From the IMG/VR virus record IMGVR_UViG_3300044730_001415, positions 1 to 56,479 of that record: a stretch of 56,479 bases of DNA, one strand, 5' to 3'. Below, piece by piece: positions 1-7,755 of the stretch. A program made the position numbers and the translations under genes. The stretch's first letter is position 1; each line of letters starts with the position of its first letter. The notes under the pieces are model-generated. The model was not told the origin of the DNA and ran no database searches. It saw only the letters and a program-made list of their open reading frames with translations. Source of the DNA: a virus. Its lineage: Duplodnaviria; Caudoviricetes.

Positions 1-2
1 TT

Positions 3-197
3 GTCCCACAAAGAGGAGAAGCCAAAAAAGTAAAGTTAGCAAAGTCAATATGCAAAGACTGTTTGGTTAAGCAGGAATGCCTTGAGTTTGCTGTGAGTAA
101 CGAGATAGTCGACGGCATTTGGGGCGGCTTATCCGGAAGAGAAATGCGAAGGCATAAACGAAAGCTAAAACTGACCACCTCGATCGAAGGAGACTAA
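3..197 (+). CDS. whiB: WhiB-family transcription factor (5' truncated by window edge)
   Basis: Frame 3 reads VPQRGEAKKVKLAKSICKDCLVKQECLEFAVSNEIVDGIWGGLSGREMRR: CxxC...C plus the GIWGG WhiB signature. Confidence 0.85.
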   Translation, partial: VPQRGEAKKVKLAKSICKDCLVKQECLEFAVSNEIVDGIWGGLSGREMRRHKRKLKLTTSIEGD

Positions 198-198
198 A

Positions 199-771
199 AT
201 GATAAGACCGATTTTACTGTTAGATATGGATGGCCCAATCGCCGACTTTGACTTAGCTTTTTGGGAGTATTGTCAAGAGCAGGGGTTCGAGTTAAATATT
301 ACCGGACTTGATGATCCAAATCGAAAGCGATTCATGACCGAGAATTTCATTCATGATGATGAGCGCAAAGAGGCTCGTCGGCAGATCGATAAAACTCGAT
401 GGTTTCTTGATTTGCCGGTGACGAAAGGCGCAGCCGAAGGCGTGCCTGAATTGATGAAAATATTTGACGTTTGGGTTTGCACTAAGCCGCTTGAAGTCAA
501 CCCGTACTGTCGAGACGACAAAGGCGCTTGGCTAAAAAGGCATTTCCCATATCTTGAGCATAAGATGATCCTCGCCCCAAAGAAGTCGTTAGTTTTGGGC
601 GATCTTCTTCTTGACGATGCCCCAGATCCAAATTGCATTCCTTACGCAGCATGGAAGCCTGTGGTGTTCCCAAGCGTGTTTAATCAGCACCCCGATTCGC
701 ATTGGTCAAGTTTACCCGCTTGGGAATGGGGCGATGACCCGGAAACGCTTTGGGATTTGGGACCACAATGA
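199..771 (+). CDS. 5'(3')-deoxyribonucleotidase (NT5C-like HAD phosphatase)
   Basis: HAD motif I LLDMDGPIADF, then K..WL..HFP and GDLLLDD. Confidence 0.8.
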   Translation: MIRPILLLDMDGPIADFDLAFWEYCQEQGFELNITGLDDPNRKRFMTENFIHDDERKEARRQIDKTRWFLDLPVTKGAAEGVPELMKIFDVWVCTKPLEVNPYCRDDKGAWLKRHFPYLEHKMILAPKKSLVLGDLLLDDAPDPNCIPYAAWKPVVFPSVFNQHPDSHWSSLPAWEWGDDPETLWDLGPQ

Positions 772-1022
772 CGACGCAACTTGAGATAGACCCAGTAGTA
801 GATCCCAATGACAATGGGCAAGAATTCACACACATTATCGACCGTGGCGATGACTTGCGGCCGGCCCGCATTATCGTGTTAGAAGCGATGCTGGCACAAA
901 CGCCAATAACAGCGCTATGCGGGTACACCTGGGTTCCTAGCAAAAACCCAGAAGAATTTCCTTTGTGTCCAAAATGCTTTGAGATCTTTGAGTTTGCAAA
1001 AGACTTTAGAGGTGTGGCATGA
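768..1022 (+). CDS. DUF3039-like actinobacterial Zn-binding protein
   Basis: FTH...TPITALCGYTWVPSKNPEEFPLCPKC pattern; ATG overlaps the upstream stop. Confidence 0.7.
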   Translation: MTTQLEIDPVVDPNDNGQEFTHIIDRGDDLRPARIIVLEAMLAQTPITALCGYTWVPSKNPEEFPLCPKCFEIFEFAKDFRGVA

Positions 1023-1095
1023 TGGATTATATTTGGATGGGCTTGTATCTTTTGTGGGATTTCGTTGAGAAGTTGTTTAAACGAAAAAAATAAAA

Positions 1096-1317
1096 GTGAA
1101 ACAGCAAGTCGAAATCACTTGGACTTTTAAAGGCAAGTTCAAAAAAGAAGTCTGTTACATACGAAGCTACGATGATGTGGTATTAGATGTTAACGGTGAA
1201 CCAGTCGTCGACGACTTTTCTGATTTTTTAAAACTAGAAGGTTTTGTCGTTTTTGAAGATGAGCATGGGTGTTTTCTCATGCAGGCCTCACAGATTGTTG
1301 ACATCAAACAACTTTAA
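1096..1317 (+). CDS. hypothetical protein
   Basis: 73-aa ORF in co-directional gene run. Confidence 0.6.
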   Translation: MKQQVEITWTFKGKFKKEVCYIRSYDDVVLDVNGEPVVDDFSDFLKLEGFVVFEDEHGCFLMQASQIVDIKQL

Positions 1318-1329
1318 CGAAAGGGTAAC

Positions 1330-1551
1330 ATGAAAGGCATTTACATCACCAAAGAGAATCAAACAAAACTAGCTGTTCAATACGGAATTGACATCGATGA
1401 CGCCGATGATCTTGTTCCAGTAGACTATATCCTGGTTGCGGATTTTGGTGCCGAGTACATGAGTGGCGTACTTACGCAATCTGGATTCGACAGTCTTTTT
1501 GTTAAAGGTCAGGCGCTGGAAAACGACTACTTTGTCGTTAACTTGAAGTAA
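1330..1551 (+). CDS. hypothetical protein
   Basis: 73-aa ORF preceded by AAGGG RBS-like sequence. Confidence 0.65.
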   Translation: MKGIYITKENQTKLAVQYGIDIDDADDLVPVDYILVADFGAEYMSGVLTQSGFDSLFVKGQALENDYFVVNLK

Positions 1552-1559
1552 GATCGTAG

Positions 1560-1586
1560 ACACCTGGGTAGGTGTATAAACTGCCC
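1560..1586 (+). other. 27-nt H-type pseudoknot motif, covariant copy
   Basis: ACAC-CTGGGTAG-GTGT-ATAAAC-TGCCC; same 4-8-4-6-5 layout as copies at 52913, 53173 and 53555. Confidence 0.65.
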
Positions 1587-1610
1587 GCTTTTCACACTGG
1601 GTATTGTTTT

Positions 1611-1635
1611 TCGCATAAATAACATGGGGTATAAT
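1611..1635 (+). promoter_or_regulatory. phage promoter motif TCGCA-N6-ACA-N5-TATAAT
   Basis: TCGCATAAATAACATGGGGTATAAT; one of about 14 copies with identical spacing. Confidence 0.8.
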
Positions 1636-1660
1636 AGCAACACAACCGAAAGGACATCTA

Positions 1661-1906
1661 ATGAACAAGAAGTACATCCTCGGATTGTTGGTCACCGGAT
1701 TGGTGGCTGAAAGGATCACTCTGATTCGAGCGCACAAGCACTACTCCAGCGAGATCAACGACCTCAAGAAGGAGAACGAGGCCGCCATGATCGTCATTGA
1801 CGAGTTGTGCAACGTGCTCAACGACGACGACACCATCACCCACCCCGACGCGACCAACAGGTTCAAGGACCGTGTCAAGTTCAGGTGCATGACCACCAAC
1901 TGGTGA
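1661..1906 (+). CDS. cassette small protein with N-terminal hydrophobic segment
   Basis: AAGGA RBS; lies between promoter motif and terminator repeat; codons mostly end in G/C. Confidence 0.75.
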   Translation: MNKKYILGLLVTGLVAERITLIRAHKHYSSEINDLKKENEAAMIVIDELCNVLNDDDTITHPDATNRFKDRVKFRCMTTNW

Positions 1907-1912
1907 TGCCAC

Positions 1913-1950
1913 AAAGCCCGAAGCGCCCTAAACAAGCGCTAAGGGTTTTT
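1913..1950 (+). terminator. repeated terminator-like hairpin
   Basis: AAAGCCC..AGCGC-CCTAAACAA-GCGCT..GGGTTTTT. Confidence 0.75.
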
Positions 1951-1953
1951 GTC

Positions 1954-1978
1954 TCGTATAAATAACATGGGGTATAAT
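1954..1978 (+). promoter_or_regulatory. phage promoter motif
   Basis: TCGTATAAATAACATGGGGTATAAT. Confidence 0.75.
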
Positions 1979-2003
1979 GACAACTACTACGAGAGGAATT
2001 TTA

Positions 2004-2240
2004 ATGCCCCGAGCAACAACAGCAGTTTTCACAAACGAAATCGGAAACAGAATCTTGATGCATGTCGAGAAAGACTCCCGCAAAGGAATCACGATATCTG
2101 CAGTTGGCCCAACCAGCACTGTAGAACATACGTGGACCCCAAAGGAAGTCTCAGTACTCATCAAACTTCTTTCCGATGTTGGAGTGAAGCAATGCGATTT
2201 GATGACTCAGAAGCGGAAGAAATTTCGATTCAAGAAGTGA
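2004..2240 (+). CDS. cassette small protein
   Basis: GAGG RBS before ATG 2004; stop codon immediately before terminator repeat. Confidence 0.7.
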   Translation: MPRATTAVFTNEIGNRILMHVEKDSRKGITISAVGPTSTVEHTWTPKEVSVLIKLLSDVGVKQCDLMTQKRKKFRFKK

Positions 2241-2245
2241 TCCAC

Positions 2246-2283
2246 AAAGCCCGAAGCACCCTAAACAAGTGCTAAGGGTTTTT
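2246..2283 (+). terminator. repeated terminator-like hairpin
   Basis: AAAGCCCGAAGCACCCTAAACAAGTGCTAAGGGTTTTT. Confidence 0.75.
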
Positions 2284-2286
2284 GCC

Positions 2287-2311
2287 TCGCAAAAATAACA
2301 TGGGGTATAAC
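2287..2311 (+). promoter_or_regulatory. phage promoter motif
   Basis: TCGCAAAAATAACATGGGGTATAAC. Confidence 0.75.
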
Positions 2312-2335
2312 GACCCGCTACACAGGAGGAATCAA

Positions 2336-2485
2336 GTGAAAACATTCAGAAAAGCAGGCGAAATCGTGGTAGAGAACATGACCACCGAGGAGAGTACAAA
2401 GCTGTACGTCCTTGGTGCCGTGGTCTACACCCTCGCGCTCGCCGGGCTGATCATGATCGTGAAGAAGATCATCCGCCGCAAGTAG
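2336..2485 (+). CDS. cassette small membrane protein
   Basis: AGGAGG RBS, GTG start; single TM segment LYVLGAVVYTLALAGLIMIV followed by a basic tail. Confidence 0.7.
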   Translation: MKTFRKAGEIVVENMTTEESTKLYVLGAVVYTLALAGLIMIVKKIIRRK

Positions 2486-2492
2486 TACCCAC

Positions 2493-2530
2493 AAAGCCCG
2501 AGGCACCGTAAACAAGTGCTAAGGGTTTTT
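2493..2530 (+). terminator. repeated terminator-like hairpin
   Basis: AAAGCCCGAGGCACCGTAAACAAGTGCTAAGGGTTTTT. Confidence 0.75.
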
Positions 2531-2533
2531 GCT

Positions 2534-2558
2534 TCGCAGGAATCACATGGGGTATAAT
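2534..2558 (+). promoter_or_regulatory. phage promoter motif
   Basis: TCGCAGGAATCACATGGGGTATAAT. Confidence 0.75.
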
Positions 2559-2583
2559 AGACCCCACAGAAAGGATGTCCCCA

Positions 2584-2748
2584 ATGGACATTGTACTGAA
2601 CCTCATCGAAGCATCGGTCCTCAACCCGACCACGACAACAGGCCAGACCTTCCTCGTCGCACTATTTGCGATGTGGATGGGAAGCTGCATCAACGTGAAC
2701 AGGAGGGCGACCGCCCGCCGAAAGAGCCAGAGCAACACCCCCAAGTAA
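2584..2748 (+). CDS. cassette small membrane protein (54 aa, not in ORF track)
   Basis: AAGGA RBS; MDIVLNLIEASVLNPTTTTGQTFLVALFAMWMGSCINVNRRATARRKSQSNTPK. Confidence 0.65.
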   Translation: MDIVLNLIEASVLNPTTTTGQTFLVALFAMWMGSCINVNRRATARRKSQSNTPK

Positions 2749-2801
2749 TCCCTCTCAGAGTCAAAACAACGCCCCGCGATAATATCAAAGGGTATTGTTT
2801 T

Positions 2802-2826
2802 TCGCAGGAAATACATGGAGTATAAT
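2802..2826 (+). promoter_or_regulatory. phage promoter motif
   Basis: TCGCAGGAAATACATGGAGTATAAT, preceded by a different hairpin (AAAACAACGCCC/GGGTATTGTTTT). Confidence 0.75.
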
Positions 2827-2855
2827 GAAGTAAACCCAACAGATAAGGACCCACC

Positions 2856-3122
2856 ATGGATCATTATATCGACGACTTTACCGCCCGTTACCATGTAACA
2901 CAACTCAAGAAGGATGAGCTAGCCGCTCTTCAACGCAAGTTGGATCCCGCTAACTTCGACGGAGCAGATACACATCTCTCAATCGAAGACAAATACAAGA
3001 TTCGAACCATGCTGCAGAAGACCCTGGCCGACCTCGCGCTTCTCGAGAGTGAGCTCATGGAGCCCACGGGCGACAAGAAGCCGAAGAAGATCATTTGGAG
3101 GTTCTACTATCGAAAGAAGTAG
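2856..3122 (+). CDS. cassette small protein (helical)
   Basis: AAGGA RBS; bounded by promoter and terminator repeats. Confidence 0.75.
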   Translation: MDHYIDDFTARYHVTQLKKDELAALQRKLDPANFDGADTHLSIEDKYKIRTMLQKTLADLALLESELMEPTGDKKPKKIIWRFYYRKK

Positions 3123-3130
3123 ATCTTCAA

Positions 3131-3168
3131 AAAGCCCGAAGCGCCCTAAACAAGTGCTAAGGGTTTTT
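3131..3168 (+). terminator. repeated terminator-like hairpin
   Basis: AAAGCCCGAAGCGCCCTAAACAAGTGCTAAGGGTTTTT. Confidence 0.75.
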
Positions 3169-3171
3169 GCC

Positions 3172-3196
3172 TCGCATAAATAACATGGGGTATAAT
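3172..3196 (+). promoter_or_regulatory. phage promoter motif
   Basis: TCGCATAAATAACATGGGGTATAAT. Confidence 0.8.
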
Positions 3197-3231
3197 GAAG
3201 TAGTAATCTCAATCAAACAAAGGAGAATGCC

Positions 3232-3429
3232 ATGCAGAACGACGTCACCGAGACCGTCGCTGATACCTTCATCGAGATCACCCCCAAAGGCGCGATCGCC
3301 ACTGCCCTCATGGGTGTCGGCGCGTACGTCGTGGGGAGGACCTTGGTGCGTGGTATCCGCGCTCGGAAGCCGAAGACCTCGCCCCTGCCCCCGCCCGCTC
3401 CAGTGATCATCGAGACCACTGCCCGATAG
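3232..3429 (+). CDS. cassette small membrane protein
   Basis: AAGGAG RBS; hydrophobic AIATALMGVGAYVVG followed by basic, Pro-rich tail. Confidence 0.7.
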   Translation: MQNDVTETVADTFIEITPKGAIATALMGVGAYVVGRTLVRGIRARKPKTSPLPPPAPVIIETTAR

Positions 3430-3440
3430 ACCGAAAGGTC

Positions 3441-3476
3441 AAGCCCGAAGCACCGTAACAAGTGCTAAGGGTTTTT
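3441..3476 (+). terminator. repeated terminator-like hairpin
   Basis: AAGCCCGAAGCACCGTAACAAGTGCTAAGGGTTTTT. Confidence 0.75.
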
Positions 3477-3479
3477 GCC

Positions 3480-3504
3480 TCGCATAAATAACATGGGTTA
3501 TAAT
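3480..3504 (+). promoter_or_regulatory. phage promoter motif
   Basis: TCGCATAAATAACATGGGTTATAAT. Confidence 0.78.
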
Positions 3505-3535
3505 GAAGCCCCATCTAACCCAATAAGGAGACCCC

Positions 3536-3688
3536 ATGCTCAAGAAGAAGACCGCAGACCTCACCGTCGGTGAGTCACTGGTGTTCGGAGTCGTGACAAC
3601 CATCGTCATGACCGCGATCACCGTTGGCCCGCTCATGGTGACCGGATACCTGGTCGACCGCAAGCAGAAGAAGTCCAAGAAGGCGTGA
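3536..3688 (+). CDS. cassette small membrane protein (50 aa, not in ORF track)
   Basis: AAGGAG RBS; MLKKKTADLTVGESLVFGVVTTIVMTAITVGPLMVTGYLVDRKQKKSKKA. Confidence 0.7.
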   Translation: MLKKKTADLTVGESLVFGVVTTIVMTAITVGPLMVTGYLVDRKQKKSKKA

Positions 3689-3698
3689 CCCGCTTCAC

Positions 3699-3736
3699 AA
3701 AGCCCTCGGCACCGTAACAAGTGCTAAGGGTTTTTT
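3699..3736 (+). terminator. repeated terminator-like hairpin
   Basis: AAAGCCCTCGGCACCGTAACAAGTGCTAAGGGTTTTTT; a degenerate promoter copy follows at 3739. Confidence 0.75.
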
Positions 3737-3775
3737 CGTCGCACCCGTAACTAGTACTATATTTTTTGGAGATAC

Positions 3776-4114
3776 ATGAGGCCCACAAAAATAAACCCGC
3801 CCCGCCTACACCCAATTGAACAAACATTAGTTGTCTTGATGAGCAGACCAAACAAATGGATTGTCGTTGATGTGTGGGAACACAAACCGCTCGCTGCCCC
3901 GTCAAATCGCCACGCGTATGTCTCTTTAACGGCGTTAGTTGCTGCTCTACGTCGACGAGGCGCCGAGACCCGAGTAAAGCGATTTGGTAGCGTGATCGTC
4001 GCTAAAGCTCGATGGACTCATCCGGTTCCAGTAGACGTTCCGGAGTTTGAAGGCCTTCGACCAAAAGATTCCACAATTGACGAATGGCTTGAGGAGGACG
4101 GACGCCTTGAATAG
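3776..4114 (+). CDS. hypothetical protein
   Basis: GGAG RBS, 112 aa. Confidence 0.65.
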   Translation: MRPTKINPPRLHPIEQTLVVLMSRPNKWIVVDVWEHKPLAAPSNRHAYVSLTALVAALRRRGAETRVKRFGSVIVAKARWTHPVPVDVPEFEGLRPKDSTIDEWLEEDGRLE

Positions 4115-4130
4115 TGGAAAAGGAGATCTT

Positions 4131-4328
4131 GTGGCAGAAAGTCTTTGTCCCTGGGATGTCTATCACAAAGAGCAATGCGAGAACGATGGCTCGCCAGAGT
4201 GTTATCAGCAATGTCTAAACGAGCGCACTCTTCGTAACGAACTAGAGAAAAATGAATTAAGACAGAAAATCGTCCTATCAACCTATAACTACGAGAAGGA
4301 TATTTATGGACTCAATAGTCGTCTGTAG
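4131..4328 (+). CDS. hypothetical Cys-containing protein
   Basis: AGGAG RBS before GTG 4131. Confidence 0.55.
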   Translation: MAESLCPWDVYHKEQCENDGSPECYQQCLNERTLRNELEKNELRQKIVLSTYNYEKDIYGLNSRL

Positions 4329-4593
4329 AGAAGAACCAGACTTCTTCACAAACCAAATAAACTTTTATGCTTACGGTGACTTTTTTGATGAAGCCCAGTT
4401 ACCAGAAACCTTTTATAAAATAGAAAAAGCTGCTTATGAATACGGAGCAGACCCGACACAAATCGAATGGGAGTGTATCGAATACTTCTACACAAGTAAT
4501 CTTAAGCATTACCGTTTGATGAGTCGGTGGAATGTGTCAAGGGACTCTGGGTACGTTGGTCGACGAGATGAGCGAATTGGGCTGTTTCGATAA
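4306..4593 (+). CDS. hypothetical protein
   Basis: AAGGA RBS; stop overlaps the helicase start. Confidence 0.6.
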   Translation: MDSIVVCREEPDFFTNQINFYAYGDFFDEAQLPETFYKIEKAAYEYGADPTQIEWECIEYFYTSNLKHYRLMSRWNVSRDSGYVGRRDERIGLFR

Positions 4594-5783
4594 TGATCGA
4601 ACTTCTCCCGCACCAAAAAAGAGCATTAGACCAAATCCGTAATCGAACCATTTTGTACGGCGGTGTTGGTACCGGCAAGTCGATTACCATTTTGTCTTAC
4701 TATTTAAAAGAGGAGGCACCCAAAGACATCTACGTCATTACAACAGCGAAGAAGCGGGACTCTCTTGAGTGGGAGAAGGACGCCGCTCAGCTCGGGATAT
4801 CAAGGTTAAGAGAATGCACGCCAAAGCACATTGGAGTCCTAACTGTTGACTCTTGGAACAATATTGGAAAGTACATTAACATCGAAGATGCTTTCTTTAT
4901 TTTTGACGAGCAAAGACTTGTTGGTACTGGAGCCTGGGTTAAGTCGTTTCAAAAGATCGCTCGAAACAATAACTGGGTTTTGCTTACGGCAACGCCTGGG
5001 GACACTTGGATGGACTACGTTCCCATTTTTGTGGCGAACGGCTTTTATAAAAACGCAAGTCAATTTAAACGAGAGCATGTCTTGTATGCGCCCTACTCTA
5101 AGTTCCCCAAGATAGTAAGATACCTCGGGATTAAGACGTTGGAGAAATACAGGAACATCGTCTTGGTCGAGATGCCATACCACAAGCATACGGAACGAAC
5201 ATTGGAAGAAGTTCCAGTTTGTTATGATCCGGTGTTGTTTAAGAAAGTTACTGTGGATCGTTGGCATATATTTGAAGACCGACCGATACGAGACGTATCA
5301 GAAATGTTTTCGTTAATGCGAAAAGTTGTCAATGGTGATCCAAGTCGAATTCAGGTTTTGCGTGAGCTGTTACATAAGCATCCGAAAATGATCGTCTATT
5401 ACAACTTTAATTACGAACTCGAAGCTCTTCGTACGTTGTCGGATGAGTTTGTGGTTGCTGAATGGAATGGCCATAGAAAACAACCAATTCCTGATACCGA
5501 TTCGTGGGTGTATCTGGTTCAGTATGTTAGTGGAGCAGAGGGTTGGAATTGCATACAAACTGATACAATGGCGTTCTACTCTCTAACTTACTCATACAAA
5601 AACTTCGAGCAAGCACAGGGTAGAATTGATCGTTTGAATAGTCCATTCACTCAATTACACTATTACATTCTACTCTCCAGCTCGCCAATCGACTATGCGG
5701 TACGCCAATCACTATCTAAAAAACAGCTGTTTAACGAGAAAAAATGGGCTGCGGAATCACTTGGAATTGATGTTGAGTTTTGA
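4593..5783 (+). CDS. SF2 (SNF2/DEAD-like) DNA helicase
   Basis: Q motif LLPHQ, Walker A GGVGTGKS, FDEQ, LTATP, QAQGRIDR. Confidence 0.88.
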   Translation: MIELLPHQKRALDQIRNRTILYGGVGTGKSITILSYYLKEEAPKDIYVITTAKKRDSLEWEKDAAQLGISRLRECTPKHIGVLTVDSWNNIGKYINIEDAFFIFDEQRLVGTGAWVKSFQKIARNNNWVLLTATPGDTWMDYVPIFVANGFYKNASQFKREHVLYAPYSKFPKIVRYLGIKTLEKYRNIVLVEMPYHKHTERTLEEVPVCYDPVLFKKVTVDRWHIFEDRPIRDVSEMFSLMRKVVNGDPSRIQVLRELLHKHPKMIVYYNFNYELEALRTLSDEFVVAEWNGHRKQPIPDTDSWVYLVQYVSGAEGWNCIQTDTMAFYSLTYSYKNFEQAQGRIDRLNSPFTQLHYYILLSSSPIDYAVRQSLSKKQLFNEKKWAAESLGIDVEF

Positions 5784-5790
5784 TAAACAC

Positions 5791-6256
5791 CCGTCAAATT
5801 TGCCAAGATTTTTTAGCGGCTTTATTTTTTGCTGATTTTTGGAGATGGTTTTTCGTTAGAAATTGGCAGTTTTCTGGGGTTAAAAGCCGGTCGAGACGGC
5901 TCTGTTTTGCTGGGAAAAACTTAACTTTTTGACTGGTATTTTCAAGTGTTTTTAAAAAGGTTAAAAAATCTTGGCAGATTTGGCGGCTTTGTTTTCAAAT
6001 CAAATCAAAAACTACAAATAAAAAAATAGCCATCTACCAGGTGTTTTGTGGTATTTTGCTTGCTCCGAGGCTGTTTGCTCTAAAGTGAGTATTAATGCCA
6101 AAATTTTTTCTCAACTCGTATAGAAATTTTAAAAGATAATACTCACTTACGCGCGAGATAGAGATAATACTCACTCGTGAAATTTAAAAGTGAGTATTAT
6201 CTTTCATTTTTTCCATACGAGTTTGAAAAAAATTTTGGCATTAATACTCACTTTAG
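5791..6256. repeat. AT-rich noncoding region with two long inverted repeats and GTGAGTATTA iteron-like sites; putative replication origin
   Basis: Imperfect IR 5791-5817/5960-5986; perfect 30-bp IR 6080-6109/6227-6256; five copies of the 10-mer inside. Confidence 0.6.
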
Positions 6257-6302
6257 GGCGACAACCTTGGTTTTTGTTTTTACTTCCACCAAGGGGGCGG
6301 AA

Positions 6303-6851
6303 ATGGACGAAGAATGGGTGACCATCTTCGAGTTCCCCATGTATCAAGTAAGTAGCTTAGGGAACGTTATTAATCGCAATACTGGAAGGCGCGTATCGAC
6401 AAGCCTAACCAGACAAAAAATAGTAAAGGTGGCGTTAATCAACGAAAGAGGTAGATACACAAGATCGGTGGCGCTTCTTGTAGCAAACATATTTGTGTAT
6501 GGTCGCACAGATATACTAAACACGCCAATTCATCTTGACGGTGATTTACAAAACTGTGAGGCAACAAATTTAGCATGGCGACCGCGTTGGTTTGCTTATA
6601 ACTACCATCGACAATTTCTAAAAAACAAAGACTCAACGATAGACTACATTTCTGAACTCGGTCCAGTTTATGAAACCAACACAAACATGCATTATAAAAA
6701 CATTGCAGAAGCGGCTATGCTGAATGGTTTACTTATAAAAGAAATATTCCAAAGCTCAAATAATACTGGTAGTAAACGAGTTTGGCCTACTGGACAGATT
6801 TTTGAATTTGAGGATCAAAGGTTGACCGTAAAAACACTAAGTGAGTATTAA
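6303..6851 (+). CDS. NUMOD4/HNH homing-endonuclease-like protein
   Basis: EEWVTI.EFPMYQVSSLGNV (NUMOD4-like); HLDGDLQNC..TNLAW (HNH-like). Confidence 0.7.
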   Translation: MDEEWVTIFEFPMYQVSSLGNVINRNTGRRVSTSLTRQKIVKVALINERGRYTRSVALLVANIFVYGRTDILNTPIHLDGDLQNCEATNLAWRPRWFAYNYHRQFLKNKDSTIDYISELGPVYETNTNMHYKNIAEAAMLNGLLIKEIFQSSNNTGSKRVWPTGQIFEFEDQRLTVKTLSEY

Positions 6852-6852
6852 G

Positions 6853-6877
6853 TTGCAAGAATAACACTGGGTATAAT
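6853..6877 (+). promoter_or_regulatory. phage promoter motif (variant)
   Basis: TTGCAAGAATAACACTGGGTATAAT, upstream of the nuclease-RNAP operon. Confidence 0.65.
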
Positions 6878-6929
6878 AGGAGAGATAGAGTAACTCTAAC
6901 ACATGCTATGTTTTTTTTTGGAGAAATGC

Positions 6930-7226
6930 ATGAAAGAAAATGATTACCAAGCTAAGTTGATCAAAAAACTTAGATTATTGTTTCCGGATTGCGTCATCCA
7001 GAAAAATGATTCGTCTTACATTCAAGGATATCCGGATATTACTATTTTTTACTATGATCGTTGGGCCGCCTTAGAAGTAAAGCGAGACGCTAATGCTTCT
7101 GAGCGCCCGAATCAACAGTATTGGGTTGACACGTTAAATCAGATGTCTTACGCATCTGTGATCTATCCGGAAAACGAAACAAGGGTGCTAAATGAACTTC
7201 AACACGCACTCCGCACTTCGAGGTAA
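6930..7226 (+). CDS. VRR-NUC / PD-(D/E)xK nuclease (possible Holliday junction resolvase)
   Basis: E..YQ...GYPDI...ALEVK...PNQQYW. Confidence 0.75.
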   Translation: MKENDYQAKLIKKLRLLFPDCVIQKNDSSYIQGYPDITIFYYDRWAALEVKRDANASERPNQQYWVDTLNQMSYASVIYPENETRVLNELQHALRTSR

Positions 7227-7755
7227 ACATGCCCTTTTGAGCCCAAGCAGTTATCACTGGATTAATTATAACGAACAAAAGCTAACGGCTCGTTACTATT
7301 CGGCGGCACAAGCAGCACGCGGCGTTGCTTTACACGAATATGCGCAAACTGCGATAAAGCTAGGAATAAAACAACCAAGAAGCAGTAAGACACTGTATGC
7401 TTACATCAATGATGCAATAAATTATAAGATGAAACCAGAACAAGCGCTCTATTACTCAGACAACTGCTTTGGTACCGCAGATGCAATAAGCTTCCGTAAT
7501 GGTAAGCTTAGAATTCACGATTTAAAAACAGGAATATCAAAAACATCCGAACATCAACTTGAGATCTATGCGGCGTTGTTTTGTCTTGAATATGGCGTGT
7601 CTCCGTTTGAGATAGACATAGAACTTCGCATCTATCAAAACAATGACGTATCTATATTTGTTGCAGACCCCGAAGAAATTCTAACAATCATGAATACGAT
7701 TATTGATTTCGATCGTCACGTTGAATACTTAAAGGAGAACGACCTTGATTATTGA
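7192..7755 (+). CDS. Cas4/RecB-like PD-(D/E)xK exonuclease
   Basis: HALLSPS, G..LH, FGTADAI, IHDLKTG, QLEIYA. Confidence 0.78.
   Translation: MNFNTHSALRGKHALLSPSSYHWINYNEQKLTARYYSAAQAARGVALHEYAQTAIKLGIKQPRSSKTLYAYINDAINYKMKPEQALYYSDNCFGTADAISFRNGKLRIHDLKTGISKTSEHQLEIYAALFCLEYGVSPFEIDIELRIYQNNDVSIFVADPEEILTIMNTIIDFDRHVEYLKENDLDY

Noticed and set aside
1611-3760. CRISPR array or integron attC array
   Set aside because: The intervals are 150-300 bp RBS-led ORFs, the repeats resolve into terminator plus promoter, and there is no cas operon or integrase.
6177-6302. N-terminal extension of the NUMOD4/HNH ORF
   Set aside because: It overlaps the inverted-repeat region; the G-rich RBS and domain start support ATG 6303.
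7192-7755. Cas4 as evidence of a CRISPR system
   Set aside because: Stand-alone phage PD-(D/E)xK exonuclease in a replication/recombination context.
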